DNA of 64,000 nt, taken from the NCBI GenBank assembly GCA_964016885.1, contig OZ024742.1, positions 377,704,001 to 377,768,000 of the forward strand, in the 5' to 3' direction. Each line of letters starts with the position of its first letter. Positions within the stretch are counted from its first letter, which is position 1. A program made the translations under genes and the position numbers. This stretch comes from Eledone cirrhosa (Eukaryota). The notes beneath the pieces are model-generated. The model was given only the letters and a program-made list of their open reading frames with translations, was not told where the DNA came from and made no database searches. This document shows, piece by piece, positions 15,201 through 26,598 of the stretch.

Positions 15201-16260
15201 TGCACAAAGATACAGTAATGGACTACACATTTCAGAAGTCCCATTTACTGCTGAAATGGAAAACACAGAAAAAGCAAAGCAGGTAAAAGTAACTGCAAAG
15301 AAAGAACTGCTACAGAAACTGGCTAAGAAATGGCAAGAAAAGCCTCTGTATGGAAAATACCCAGAGCGAGCTAACAATCCTGATGTTGACAAAACTTTAA
15401 CCCATCAGTGGTTGGCATCCTCTGGACTGAAATCGGAGACTGAAGGACTGATTATATCCGCACAAGATCAGTGTCTGCCAACAAAAAATTACCAAGCCAA
15501 CATAATAAAAAATGGGTGCAGCCCATTATGCCGTGTATGCAAAAAACAACCAGAGACCATTGACCATATAATTTCAATGTGCAGTCCTATAGCTCCAACC
15601 GAATACCTAAACAGGCATGACAGAGCTGCACAATACATACATTGGATAATGTGCAAGCATTTTGACCTGCCCCATCAAAAGAATTGGTGGGAGCATCAAC
15701 CACCTCCCATACTTGAAAAAGATCACATCTCAATCTTGTGGAACTTTAGCATCCAAACAGACCGAAACATAGATGCAAATAGACCTGATATAATATTGAA
15801 GGACTTTCAAAGGAGGGTATGCCTGCTAATTGATATGTCTGTTCCAATAGACAAGAATGTATCTATAAAAACATTTGAAAAATTGAGCAAGTATAAGGAC
15901 CTGGAGATAGAAATTGGAAAAATGTGGAAATTGAGAACTAAAACAATACCAGTGGTTGTAGGCGCTCTGGGAATGATACCTAAGGGGTCTAACGACTACT
16001 TATCGCAAATCCCAGGAAACCCGCGTATAGGAGAAATACAAAAGATAGTACTAATGGGAACTGCCCATATACTAAGGAAGATCCTGTCAATATAAGTACA
16101 TCACAAGTCTAAACACTAAGGATGCATGTGTGAATATGTGTGTTCTTTCTTGAACATGGCGGACCTTGTTGTCTCTTGAGGTCACTGGTTGTGACTTGGT
16201 GATAACTCGTATAAACATAAAGCAAGATAAATGCAAATAATAATAATAATAATAATAATA
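12250..16260 (+). mobile_element. Full-length R4/Dong-clade non-LTR retrotransposon (TAA-microsatellite associated)
   Basis: ~170-190 nt 5' UTR, one 1216-aa ORF, ~140-nt 3' UTR ending in (TAA)n at ~16236-16260. The 5' boundary is approximate (short TAATAACAAT at 12251). Confidence 0.9.
12445..16095 (+). CDS. R4/Dong LINE ORF: reverse transcriptase, CCHC zinc knuckle, restriction-like (PD-D/ExK) endonuclease
   Basis: Uninterrupted 1216 aa. RT motifs KSPGKD, NYRPITCL, IDYKKAFDS, GIFQGDSLSP, YMDD; CRVC-x8-H-x4-C; RHD; NRPDII...IDMSVP...KYKDL; N-terminal Myb-like KWSREDN. Confidence 0.95.
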   Translation: MSNDEISYRIGRHPGKKGPRPSERNQTGVEKSANGSNLPITSELETSHNRNTPTVGPPCSPPRNPKKKREKWSREDNKEVLEAFYTAMYYPSNTSNTEQTYINWKKKHPENRGYIDSNKLANIRRNIVRKKLLTDIEIDQIKLVAQSQRRENEACVSENEVNCNTSNPRVGAESLATEQIKERSEKVEGVHAQDETPNENNEIVNDKEMNENELANLKDEIMIEWMKMKESDMGERDTLPKIQNSKQNQKIIHKTNIILKNIIITNKLSITDLNHLYYASAKVTTHLCGVKMKKQRNSHKKSTWQDNINRQINLLRSDIEILTNYKVGEHVKQTKLRKLKKKYSIRSTCDIDMLIETIKQKVSAKAARIRRFEKRSRFYKDNNMFKNNQRNFYRKIGKSTITAKSIPPKEEVQEFWEKIWAEEKVHNIHAPWIDRQMKETAHLEEQTWENITVEQLRLALRKTSKWKSPGKDKIQNFWINAFTESHELLAQLYNEIVKEPEKIPSWLVNGITFLLPKNDETNNPKNYRPITCLTTMYKILTSVLTEYTYDHLITNDLFPIEQKGCKRGSYGCKDQLLVNKMILEDCHNRHKNLSIAWIDYKKAFDSLPHSWIEKCLEIFKISPVIRRFLSFSMRTWRTTLLLNSETKSLEAGEVNINCGIFQGDSLSPLLFCIALIPLSKMLNETKHGYRVYDKTINHLFYMDDLKLFAKNDEQLQGLLSTVKQFSDDIKMEFGLDKCAKATFTRGKLLKSSDINLDRGNVIRELDQEQTYKYLGVCEGDGIKHSTMRERIRKECYRRVRAILRTELNARNRIDAINTLAIPVVTYSYNVINWSSTETRRLDTKIRKFLTMHRMHHPKADIDRIYLPRKEGGRGLIQLDIALKTATIGLSTYLRESHDWMIKLVLKHESTKRSYSITKDAQRYSNGLHISEVPFTAEMENTEKAKQVKVTAKKELLQKLAKKWQEKPLYGKYPERANNPDVDKTLTHQWLASSGLKSETEGLIISAQDQCLPTKNYQANIIKNGCSPLCRVCKKQPETIDHIISMCSPIAPTEYLNRHDRAAQYIHWIMCKHFDLPHQKNWWEHQPPPILEKDHISILWNFSIQTDRNIDANRPDIILKDFQRRVCLLIDMSVPIDKNVSIKTFEKLSKYKDLEIEIGKMWKLRTKTIPVVVGALGMIPKGSNDYLSQIPGNPRIGEIQKIVLMGTAHILRKILSI

Positions 16261-17157
16261 ACATCAAGGAGGAAGAGCAGCCTTAAGGGAAAATCCCTTC
16301 ATAGTACCTTCTTTGAGAAAACTGAATTTAGAGATCCACAGACATGGAACTGGTTGAGAAGAGGAGACCTCAAAAAGGCTACAGAAGGAATGCTAATGGC
16401 TGCGCAGGAGCAGGCCCTCAAAACGAAGTGGTTGAAGCACCATATCTACAAGGAGGAGGCTAGCCCACTGTGCAGGATCTGTGGAGAGAGAGAGGAGACT
16501 GTGGCTCACATTGTGTCCGAGTGTAAACACCTAGCCCAGACCCACTATAAGGGCTGGAGACACGATGTGATGGGCAGGGTGATCCACTGGCACCTGTGCA
16601 AAGTAAACAATTTACCACATTCTGAGAAATGGTATGAGCATAGGCCAGAGGCGGTGATGGAGAACAATCAGGTGAAGGTGCTGTGGGATTTTAGGATACA
16701 GACGGACAAAAAACTGGAACACAATAGACCTGACCTGGTGGTTGTGGACAAAGAAAAAAGATCGTGTATGATTGTGGATGTGGCCTGCCCGTTCGACACG
16801 AGAGTGCAAGAGAAGGAGAGGGAGAAAATTAACCGATACCAGGACCTAAAGTGGGAGGTGAAAAGGATTTGGAACTGCCATGAAGTCAAAGTGATCCCGA
16901 TTGTCATAGGCGCACTGGGGACTATTTCCAAAAGTTTCCAGGGATGGTTAAAGAAAATCGGCCCCTTCACGCTTTTTGGAACGCTTCAAAAGGCATGCTT
17001 GCTTGGAACAGCAAGAACCCTCCGATACGTCCTGAATATCTGAGGCTGCAGGTAGTGGCTTGATATTCAATCCAACGGACTTTCCAGTTAACCAACATCA
17101 ATGACTGAGATTCAAGGAATAACAACAATAATAATAATAACAATAATAATAATAATA
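16261..17157 (+). mobile_element. 5'-truncated Dong/R4-like LINE, second family (CCHC + RLE only; frame open to the stop at 17043)
   Basis: CRIC-x8-H-x4-C, RHD, NRPDLVV...VDVACP...RYQDL; flanked by (TAA)n at 16236-16260 and ~17119-17157. Clearly divergent from copy 1. Confidence 0.9.
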
Positions 17158-17987
17158 GGCAGAGAGTGAGGGCTTTATTTTGGCTGCACAAGACCAGTGT
17201 CTCCTAACGCACAACTTTCAAGTCAATGTGATCAGAAATGTTACTGACCAAAAGTGTTGATTCAGTGAAGAGCATGTTGAGACCCTAGACAATTTGGTTT
17301 CGGGTTGCAAAGTATTAGCTGCCCATGAATATAAAGCGAGACATAATATAGTGGGGGCAATACTGGGTAATGTGCAGGTTTTATGGTCTGAAAACGGAGG
17401 GAAAACGGTACAACCATCTCCCAGATGCAGCAAAAGTAGGCGAGAATGCAACAATCCTCCTGGATTTCCCTGTTAATACTGACAGAACAATCAAGGCCAA
17501 CAGACCTGATATAATTTTAAAAGACCATAAAGAGAAAACATGTTTCTTAATTGACATGAGCATTCCATCAGATCGTAACTTCTCCTGAAAAGAGTTCAGA
17601 AAGTTCAGTAAGTATAAAGATCTATCAATTGAAATTAAGAAAATGTGGCATCTTTAGGCGTATACAATAGCAATGATAGACAGCGTACTTGGAATGATAA
17701 AAAAGGGACCCGAAAAATATTTGGACCGGATACCTAGAAAGCCATCTGTGCAAGAGATACAGAAAATAGTAGTGACTGGCACTGTCCATGCCCTGAGAAG
17801 GGCATCATCAATTTAAAACTTTGCACGGACATTTACTGTAGTTTGTGCTCTTGTGGCATCATTTGTATAACAATTGATTGTAAAATGTGTGGATTATCAA
17901 CTTTTACCTGAGGCGCCAGGTTTACACTCGGTGTGATTTGGAAAGAAGAAGAACTCAAAGCAAGTTCCAAATCATAATAATAATAAT
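17158..17987 (+). mobile_element. 5'-truncated, pseudogenised Dong/R4-like LINE, third copy
   Basis: AESEGFILAAQDQCL..., ARHN, ANRPDIILKD...IDMSIP with stops and frameshifts; terminal stop 17814-17816; (TAA)n tail 17974-17987. Confidence 0.87.
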
Positions 17988-18172
17988 ATTGTTTCTACTT
18001 TAGGCACAAGGCCAGCAATTAGCCCGGTGTATTACTGGTACTTTATTTTATCGACCCCGTAAGGATGAAAAGCAAAGTTAATCTCGGCGGGATTTGAACT
18101 CAGAATGGCAAGGGCCGTAACTCTATGCTGGAAAGCATGACGTCCGACCCTCTACCGATACTGCCAATCCAC
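17988..18172 (-). mobile_element. OR1-like SINE
   Basis: Reverse complement of the family consensus, tail-to-tail with Dong copy 3. Confidence 0.88.
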
Positions 18173-18654
18173 TAATGAGAGAAATTCAGAGACTATAATA
18201 TTTCTTGTGTACTGGTCTTGATTGAAGTTGATTTCTTACAATCACATACATCTGGTAATTCAGAGGCTTCTTAAACAATACAATATTTTAAACACATTTT
18301 TCCATTTGGTTTTAATTGTTTTATTTTGAAGTTTCCTTCTTATTTTGTTATTCTATTTTAAAAACCATTAAAATCATGTATTGATTTAATAGAATGTCTT
18401 CATTTGTATGTAATTTGGTGTTATAATTCTGTGAACATTCACTTTTGACGAACTTTGTGGGGGATGAAACCGTTGTCATGCATTTTAAACATAAATATTA
18501 TACAGACGCTTTCTTCACTAGATAACATCGCCAGTCATATGTTAGTGTCATATCCATTATGTCTTACTGTGTAAATCATGATTTAAAGTATCATCTAATT
18601 ATTGTTCACCACGAAAAATCACAAATGACTTTCTTTATCAAATATTTTCGTTTG

Positions 18655-18995
18655 TTGAGCTGAATTCAGGTTGAGTTGTGTTGTATTGAGTCGTGTTGGG
18701 ATTGATTCGTGCTAGGTTGAGGTTGAGTGGGGCTGCATTGAAGTTGAGCCGAGCTGCATTGAAGTTGAGCTGGCTGAGCTGCATTGAGGTTGAGCTGAGC
18801 TACATTGAGGTTGAGCTGAGCTGCATTGAGTTTGAGCTGAGTTGCATTAAGGTTGAGTTGTATTACGTTGAGATTGAGTGGGGCTGCTTTGAGATTGAGT
18901 TGGGCTGTGTTAAGATTAAGTTGAACTGTGTTGAGATTAATTTGAGCTGTGCTTAGATTGAATTGAGCTGCCCCGAGATGGAGTTAAGTGGTGTT
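18655..18995. repeat. Degenerate pentamer-based minisatellite (~20-bp unit GAGCTGCATTGAGGTTGAGCT-like)
   Basis: TTGAG/CTGAG pentamers with a ~20-bp super-period; explains ORF 18693-18956. Confidence 0.85.
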
Positions 18996-19815
18996 AATTT
19001 CAATTAATAAATTAGAACCACTGTTACCTGTATTTTATTCTTACTAACTCACATCTAGTCATATTAATTAGTATTGAGGGTAATTATTTGTAGCGTCAGG
19101 TAATTGAGTTATTCTCGTAGATTAAATATTTCACTTTAATTCGAATAATTTTAACTTCTGTACACTCAATTAAATTTCCGCAATCATTAAATCTTAACAT
19201 CCTGTACAACACGAAACTGCGTTAGTAAGAGTTAAATAATATAATTTATATACAGATAATCTTTGAAGTATATTTACTAAAACAAATAAGTAGGTGCATG
19301 CTGTAGGTCTTTATAAACTTTACACAACAATATGAGTTAGGAAGAAGATAACATTGAACTTCATAAGCGATATGGAAGATACGAAGGGCTTTAAAAGCCG
19401 TTACTTAAATTACTGGCATTGGGAAACCGTACATGATCCCAATACTTTAGTGTGCATAGTTTCCCATTCATTAGTATCGGCATCCTTAATATATAATGGT
19501 ATTCCATATTGTGAAATATTTTCTGAATAGCATATCACTTTACTTGAATGGGAAGTTCACTTAAGCTGCCACTAACATTAGAATACTGAACATAAAAAAA
19601 AGAAGACATGCGAAAAAACAAGAATCTAACTTTTCACTTCTTCCATTGTTGAATCGATATGAAACTTTTGAGCATTGTTTACTATATACAGAGGTTTATT
19701 TTTTTTTAAATGAAACATGTACATCATCATCATCCTCGTCATAATAATAATAATAATCATCCATTGAAACTTCTAGTGAACTTTAGTCTCTTTCAGAACT
19801 CCAACCTTGCAATTA

Positions 19816-20000
19816 GGCATGGATTGGCAGTATCAGTAGAGGGTCGGACGCCATGCTTTGACGCATAGAGTTACGGCCCTTGCCATTCTGAGTTCAAATC
19901 CCGCCGAGGTTAACTTTGCCTTTCATCCTCACGGGGTCGATAAAATAAAGTACCAGTAATGCACTGGGATAATTACTGGCCTTGTGCCAAATGTAGAAAC

Positions 20001-20003
<3 letters not shown>
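19816..20003 (+). mobile_element. OR1-like SINE followed by (AT)n (20004-20080)
   Basis: A-box-like TGGCAGTATCAGTAGAG, B-box GAGTTCAAATCC, family core and tail GTAGAAACAATT. Confidence 0.9.
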
Positions 20004-20082
<79 letters not shown>

Positions 20083-20755
20083 TATCATATACAAATTAAT
20101 CGCTAATTACCTCCCCTTTCACATTAGCTCCCCTTAATATAGATCTCTAACTCACTTCCGGAAATTTAAACCATTAGAAGGATCACTCTAGAACAACTCG
20201 AACCCTGGATAAGAGTGTAATAGGACCAATATACAATCCATGGCTGTAACTACTTATAAACATTCACTAAAATAAAATATAACCAATGTAATGGAAAAGA
20301 AAACAATAATATTAATACTCTCAACATATGCACATTTGAACATTACAGGAACAATTATCACACTGCATCCACCATAAACTCATAGAAACTACTTTTAATA
20401 CACAAACATCTTTGTCTGCTTAATATGCTTTTAAACCTTTGTTATATTATGTGATACCTTTGCCTTACTGTAAAATATATGCCTAGTACCATTGCTTGTT
20501 TTCTACCTAGCTGTCATGTATGTGCCTAAAACATTTGCACCCTCTATACGCTTGCATATGTACTGCTAATGTCCTCGTTTTGCGAGTAACTTTCTACCTT
20601 AATGCTTCTTTAATTGTTGTACTATTCTCTTGTAATCTCTGTCACATCCACTCCACTCTGTAAATACGAAACTGTTGATGGCAACAGTAATATCCATGTA
20701 TCTATATGATTGTTATGTGGAATAGGAAGTTAATTATGTGTCCAAACTTTGCTAG

Positions 20756-20802
20756 TGCTCCGATGATTCCAAACGAAAGTTTGGAAGAAACGATTGTCAG
20801 CA
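20756..20802 (+). ncRNA. Minimal type I hammerhead ribozyme-like motif with core variant CCGAUGA, probably a Penelope pLTR remnant
   Basis: TGCT-CCGATGA-TTCCAAAC(GAAA)GTTTGGAA-GAAA-CGATTG-TC-AGCA, immediately followed by AATAAA. Confidence 0.7.
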
Positions 20803-21000
20803 ATAAAATGTTTTGAATTATTGTGTAATTTTTGATTATTGTGTAATTTATATTCCTGCTCTGTAAAACATCTGATGTATTTACATTGAGCTATTTTTCT
20901 TACTGGTAATAAGGTAGTAATTAATTACTGATCTTTCCTGTTTATAATTATATATAGTGTATATATAAGTATAAATAATATTATTATTATATATATATAT

Positions 21001-21190
21001 GGCCGTGGATTGGCAGTATCGGTAAAGGGTCGGACGCCATGCTTTGTCGGATAGAGTTACAGCCCTTGCCATTCTGAGTTCAAATCACGCCGAGGTTAAC
21101 TTTGTCTTTCATCCTTACGGGGTCGATAAAATAAAGTACCAGTAATACACTGGGATAATTGCTGGCCTTGTGCCAAAAGTAGAAACAATT
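21001..21190 (+). mobile_element. OR1-like SINE within (AT)n tracts
   Basis: Near-identical to the 19816 and 32331 copies. Confidence 0.9.
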
Positions 21191-21195
21191 ATATA

Positions 21196-21273
<78 letters not shown>

Positions 21274-21354
21274 TTTATACATATATAGATATACTGTATA
21301 TGTGTATATATATGTATATATATATATACATATGTATATGTAAATATATATATA

Positions 21355-22200
21355 TTTAATGGGATATATACAGGGAAGATTAATCATACTTAAAGGTATA
21401 TATTTTTGAAGTTGTAGTCAACTTTATTTATTTGTTACCCAACTAGCCATGCGTGGTTACACGCTTGTAAAAATTATCTCCTGTGATTATTCATGTATAT
21501 ATATGTTAATCAATTTCTAGTTATTATAAAATGCTCGGACCTATCTTTGAGCTTATTTCCAGGCGATATGGCGCACGCCGTTATGGCATGACACCCACAA
21601 TTTCGATTTAGATTAAATTCATTTAATTTATCTTAATTTTGGATATAGATATATAAATACAGCTCCTTAATTGTAGAGCTATTTCTATTGAAGGGAATTT
21701 GACTGCTATTCCTAGTTGTCGAGTACCTATTCACGCCACTGAAACGAAGCTACTGTGATGTGTAGACACAACACGTGGTAGCGGCCAGATGAGGATTTAA
21801 ACTCGCTGTGTGAGCATGGATTGCTGGACATTATTCTTCCTTGTTGACAATCCAATAATATCCACTTTCCGTGACTTACCATCTGATTAATTGGTGAAAT
21901 ATATTTCTTTAATGGGATATATACAGGGAAGATTAATCATACTTAAAGGTATCTATTTTTGAAGTTGTAGTCAACTTTATTTATTTGTTACCCAACTAGC
22001 CATGCGTGGTTACACGCTTGTAAAAATTATCTCCTGTGATTATTCATGTATATATATATGTTAATCAATTTCTAGTTATTATAAAATGCTCGGAACTATC
22101 TTTGAGCTTATTTCCAGGCGATATGGCGCACGCCGTTATGGCATGACACCCACAATTTCGATTTAGATTAAATTCATTTAATTTATCTTAATTTTGGATA
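21355..22200. repeat. ~290-bp near-identical direct repeats (21355-21645 and 21908-22200) around a ~260-bp spacer
   Basis: Copies read directly; only a few differences. Confidence 0.9.
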
Positions 22201-23527
22201 GGATTCTGGCTAGAGAAATATCCCAATGAGATACCTGACAGAATAGAAAAAAGCTTCATCACCGAGGGATTAAAATTCATCTTACAGAATATCTTTTTTG
22301 ATTTCGATGGCAATACTTACAAGCAAATATCGGGGACTGCGATGGGTACAAAAGCCGCTCCAACTTATGCTAACTTAGTCATGGCATACTTAGAAGTCCA
22401 GATATATGAACAGTCCAAATCAAAATACGGATTGAACTTCCACAAATATTTATCAGAGAATTGGAAACGCTACTTGGATGATTGTCTCATTCTTTGGTCC
22501 CACACACTCGACCAACTGAAGAATTTAAAAAACTTAATAAACGGCATCAATAACCACATCCAATTCACAATGGAATACAGCCAAGATCAACTCCCATTTC
22601 TGGACATCTTAATCTTAAAAAAAGACATAAATATCGAAACTGACATACACTACAAACCAACAGATTCCAAACAATATCTGCTATTCACCTCCAACCATCC
22701 AAAGCACATGAAGACGAACATTCCTTTTAACCTAGCAAGAAGAATTTGCACAATTGTCTCCAATTATGAAACGCGAAATAAAAGACTTCAAGAATTAAAG
22801 GAAATTCTACTCGAGAGAGAGAGTACCCACTATTACTAATAAATAATGGAATAGAAAGGGCTAAAGCAATAGGCATTGATAAATTACGGAAACAGAAACA
22901 AATTCAAGGTACGTCCAATATTCTATCATATATCTCAACACACAACCCAAGAAATGCGGAAGCTTACAACACTATTCACAAGAACATCCCACTACTAAAA
23001 CAAAACCCAAGAATGAAAAAAGCCCTTGAAACACACAAAATAATCAAAAGCAAAAGACAACCAAAGTCACTGAAAACATTACTCACCAATGCCAAATTAC
23101 CTACCACAAACCCACAACCAAGTATCAAAAAATGTGGTCGCTCTAATTGTGGAACCTGCACTCACCTCATTGAAGGCAACACGTATACATTTAAATCAGG
23201 ACAAAATTTTACTGTAAAAATCACTTCACTTGCTCATCAAAAAATCTAATTTATGCCATTAAATGTAAAGGATGCAATGAAGATTATATAGGACAAACTA
23301 AACTCACACTCAGAAACAGAATGACAGTTCATCGCCAACAATTACGAGATCCAACCACGAGACAGATACCACTAAGTACACATCTAGACATTTGCGCAAG
23401 TAATAAGACACCCAAATTCCAAGTCTTCTCATTTTACCTTTGCGCTAACAATGCAACAGAACAAATACGAATAAATAAGGAAAATATGTTTATTCAAAAA
23501 TATAGACCAGCATTAAATATGGTTTAA
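22201..23527 (+). pseudogene. 5'-truncated Penelope-like retroelement (Neptune-like) RT + GIY-YIG, frameshifted
   Basis: YKQISGTAMGTKAAPTYANL, WKRYLDD, LPFLDI, SNHPKH, linker CGRSNCGTC, NLIYAIKCKGCNEDYIGQT. Split across ORFs 22342-22839, 23013-23249 and 23321-23527. Confidence 0.9.
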
Positions 23528-23554
23528 TATACATTATGTCAACACCATAATATG

Positions 23555-23590
<36 letters not shown>

Positions 23591-24033
23591 CAACTTCTAC
23601 TTTAGAAAATAAAAACCCGAACTAAATAAACCTTAACATACGTTTGCACTGACAATACAACAGAACAAATACGAATAAGTACGGAAAATATGTTCATTCA
23701 AAAATATTCCTACTAAAGGAATCATTTTCCTACACACACACACACACAATATATATATATATATATATTCTCTTCATCTTAACATGCTAACCATACTCCC
23801 ACACACATAACACCCATACACACACATAACAACCCCCACACCCACAACTCCCTCCCCCATTTCTACTAATAGAACCACTTTCCTACACACATATATACAC
23901 ACACACAAAATATATATTCTCTCCATCTTAACATACTCGCACACACACACATAACACCCATATACACACACAACTCCCTCCCCCATTTCTACTAATAGAA
24001 TCATCTTCCAATACACACATTCACACACACACA

Positions 24034-24127
<94 letters not shown>

Positions 24128-24515
24128 AATAAACATACATATCTTTACTTCAATAGAAAATCTGAACTCTGACACCCCAGCGAACTAACCATATTCACTG
24201 AACCAGAACAATTCTCCCATCCCATTTCTCTTGACCACTATCTTTTCTTGTCATAACATTCTCTATAAAGGCTACAGAATAGATTTCCAAATAAGGGCGC
24301 GAAAATGTAATGAAAACTTGTTCACGTGACAGCCAAATTTCATTTATAACCAATCAAATCACGTTTATTAAAAAAAGCCTTCGTGAGCCACCTTTTTTAA
24401 GTAAAAAGAAATTCAAACACACACACACAACACACACACACACACACGCGCACACACGCACAAGCACACAAATAAACATACATATCTTTACTTTCTTTAA
24501 CACACACACACACCC

Positions 24516-24566
<51 letters not shown>

Positions 24567-25270
24567 CACACACACACACACGCACACGCACACACAAGCA
24601 CACAAATAATCATACATATCTTTACTTTCTTTATTCAATAGAAATTCTGAATTCTGACACCCCAGCGAACTAACCATATTCAGTGAACCAGAACAATTCT
24701 CCCATCCCATTTCTCTTGACCATTATCTTTTACTTATCATAAAATTCTCTAAAAAGGCTACAGAATGGATTTCCAAATAAGGGCGCGAAAATTTAATGAA
24801 AACTTGTTCACGTGACAGCCATAATTTCATTTATAACCAATCAAAAAAGCCTTCGTGAGCCCCTTTTTTCAAGTAAAAAGAAATTCAAACACTCATATAT
24901 GAAAAAACAACCTGTGACAACCCCCTCTCTTATTTCAAGAACTATTGTAACGCGAACTGGCGCGATATTTATTATAATTATTGACCAACCAATCAAATTA
25001 CTTCTCGAAAAACCTGGCATTTCGAGCCACTTTTTCCATATAAAACAAGTAACATTCAGAGAAAAATGTTACACAGACCCTCCATCTCAACTCTATTTTT
25101 GAAAAGCAGAAGAACTGCAAAACCGGTAAAGGAACCAAATAAATATATATATATATTTTTTTAAATAAGACTCCAGTTGCATTTTCGATTTCATCTCTTT
25201 TTCTTTATACTTTCACTCGTGTAGGACACCTCGGTTATTTTTCAATTTGTAAAAAAAACCTCACTTTCTA
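23528..25270 (+). mobile_element. Probable 3' UTR/pseudo-LTR of the Neptune-like element, with (CA)n tracts and internal duplications
   Basis: Follows the stop codon; ~300-bp duplication (24120-24420 vs 24600-24890); degenerate hammerhead at 25096-25132; ends at (TA)n. Confidence 0.6.
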
Positions 25271-25721
25271 ATATATATATATATACATGTTACAATCTAA
25301 ATACAAAGTAAAGTGCAAGGTGGTCGTTCTGAAAGAGACCTGTTTATATTTATCGTTATTGTGGTATAATTATGGCCGTATGCACTTGCTTGCTTTTCTT
25401 GGTGTCACACTTTCTTAACTTTGTGTTTACTCTGGATGAAATTATACTAAATTTTCGCACCATTGAATGCTTTGTGACTGCCTCAAACAATTTGATTGTT
25501 ATCTGCTATATTGCAGCTACAACTTCGATTTATACCTATCACACACACACACAGACACAGACACACAGATACACACACAGACACACAGAGAATATGGTTC
25601 ATTGATTACTCAATGAATATATTTTTACAATAGATTAAAACCACTCTACAGAAAGGTTTTCTGGCGTTATTATTATTCAGAATAGTAATAAATGAAGACA
25701 TTCACATAATCAAAATATATG

Positions 25722-25783
25722 TTTTATTATATACATTTCGAAGGTACTGTGCTGTTTTTTCAGTACTTCCTCGTCAGATAAAA
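25722..25783 (-). ncRNA. Minimal type I hammerhead ribozyme (inverted pLTR copy)
   Basis: Minus strand TTTTAT-CTGACGA-GGAAGTACTG...CAGTACCTTC-GAAA-TGTATA-TA-ATAAAA. Confidence 0.78.
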
Positions 25784-26338
25784 TACATGAATTGATGTAT
25801 GACATACCTCAACGGTCTTAAAAGTTCAATTCCACTATTGGCAGTGATTTGTTACAACAAATCTCAACATTTATATACCACAAATAATAACACGATAAAC
25901 TTAAATTTAAAGAAGAAGAGGATGTGGAGCGAAATATGGATATATGGAGGGGGTTAATATGAGGAAATGCAAGAAGAAATACATACATAAATATTTAAAT
26001 GAGTAAATAGAAGTATTAAGGAATAAAAATATAAAAGAAAAAGGAAAAGAGAGATACTAGAGAGGAAGAAAGAAGAAATAATGACAAAATAGAAAGAAAG
26101 AAATGACGTGGAAAGGTATACAGACTGTTGTTTTCAAATATTAAGGCAACCAAAATATTTTTATATGGTTTAATGTTGATATAATATATAAGTATAATTT
26201 GCTTAAACATAACCAAATACAAAAGATATTAAAAATTTCATGTTATTTAATTGGTTGCCTCAATTTGACTTAATATTTGAAAACAACGTTCTGTATACTT
26301 TCAAGACTGTTGAGGTATGTCATACATCAATTCATGTA

Positions 26339-26400
26339 TTTTATCTGACGAGGACGTACTGAAAAAACAGCACAGTACCTTCGAAATATATATAATAAAA
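26339..26400 (+). ncRNA. Minimal type I hammerhead ribozyme (5' pLTR copy)
   Basis: Stem I TTTTAT/ATAAAA, CTGACGA, stem II GTACTG/CAGTAC, GAAA, palindromic TATATA stem III, AUA cleavage triplet. Confidence 0.82.
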
Positions 26401-26598
26401 CATATAGTTTGATTATGTGATTGTCTTCATTTATTATTATTCTGAATAATAATAACTCCAGAAAACTTTTATTGTAGAATACTTTTAATCTATTATAAAA
26501 CTATATTCATTGAGTAATCAATGAACCATATTAAACTTTGGTCATATTTAGCTCCCAGAAGGTAGAGCGCTTCTTCTGCAATAGATTATTATTAATAA

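Noticed and set aside
16231-17043. Stand-alone 270-aa nuclease gene with hydrophobic N-terminus MQIIIIIII
   Set aside because: The ATG and poly-Ile come from the upstream element's 3' end and (TAA)n tail, fused to a truncated LINE.
19410-19585. Possible terminal pseudo-exon on the minus strand (acceptor TTTATGTTCAG; ...GIPLYIKDADTNEWE...)
   Set aside because: Needs a frameshift, no recognisable family, no partner exon identified.
19816-19905. tRNA genes suggested by A/B boxes
   Set aside because: These are SINE heads continuing into SINE body; no cloverleaf.
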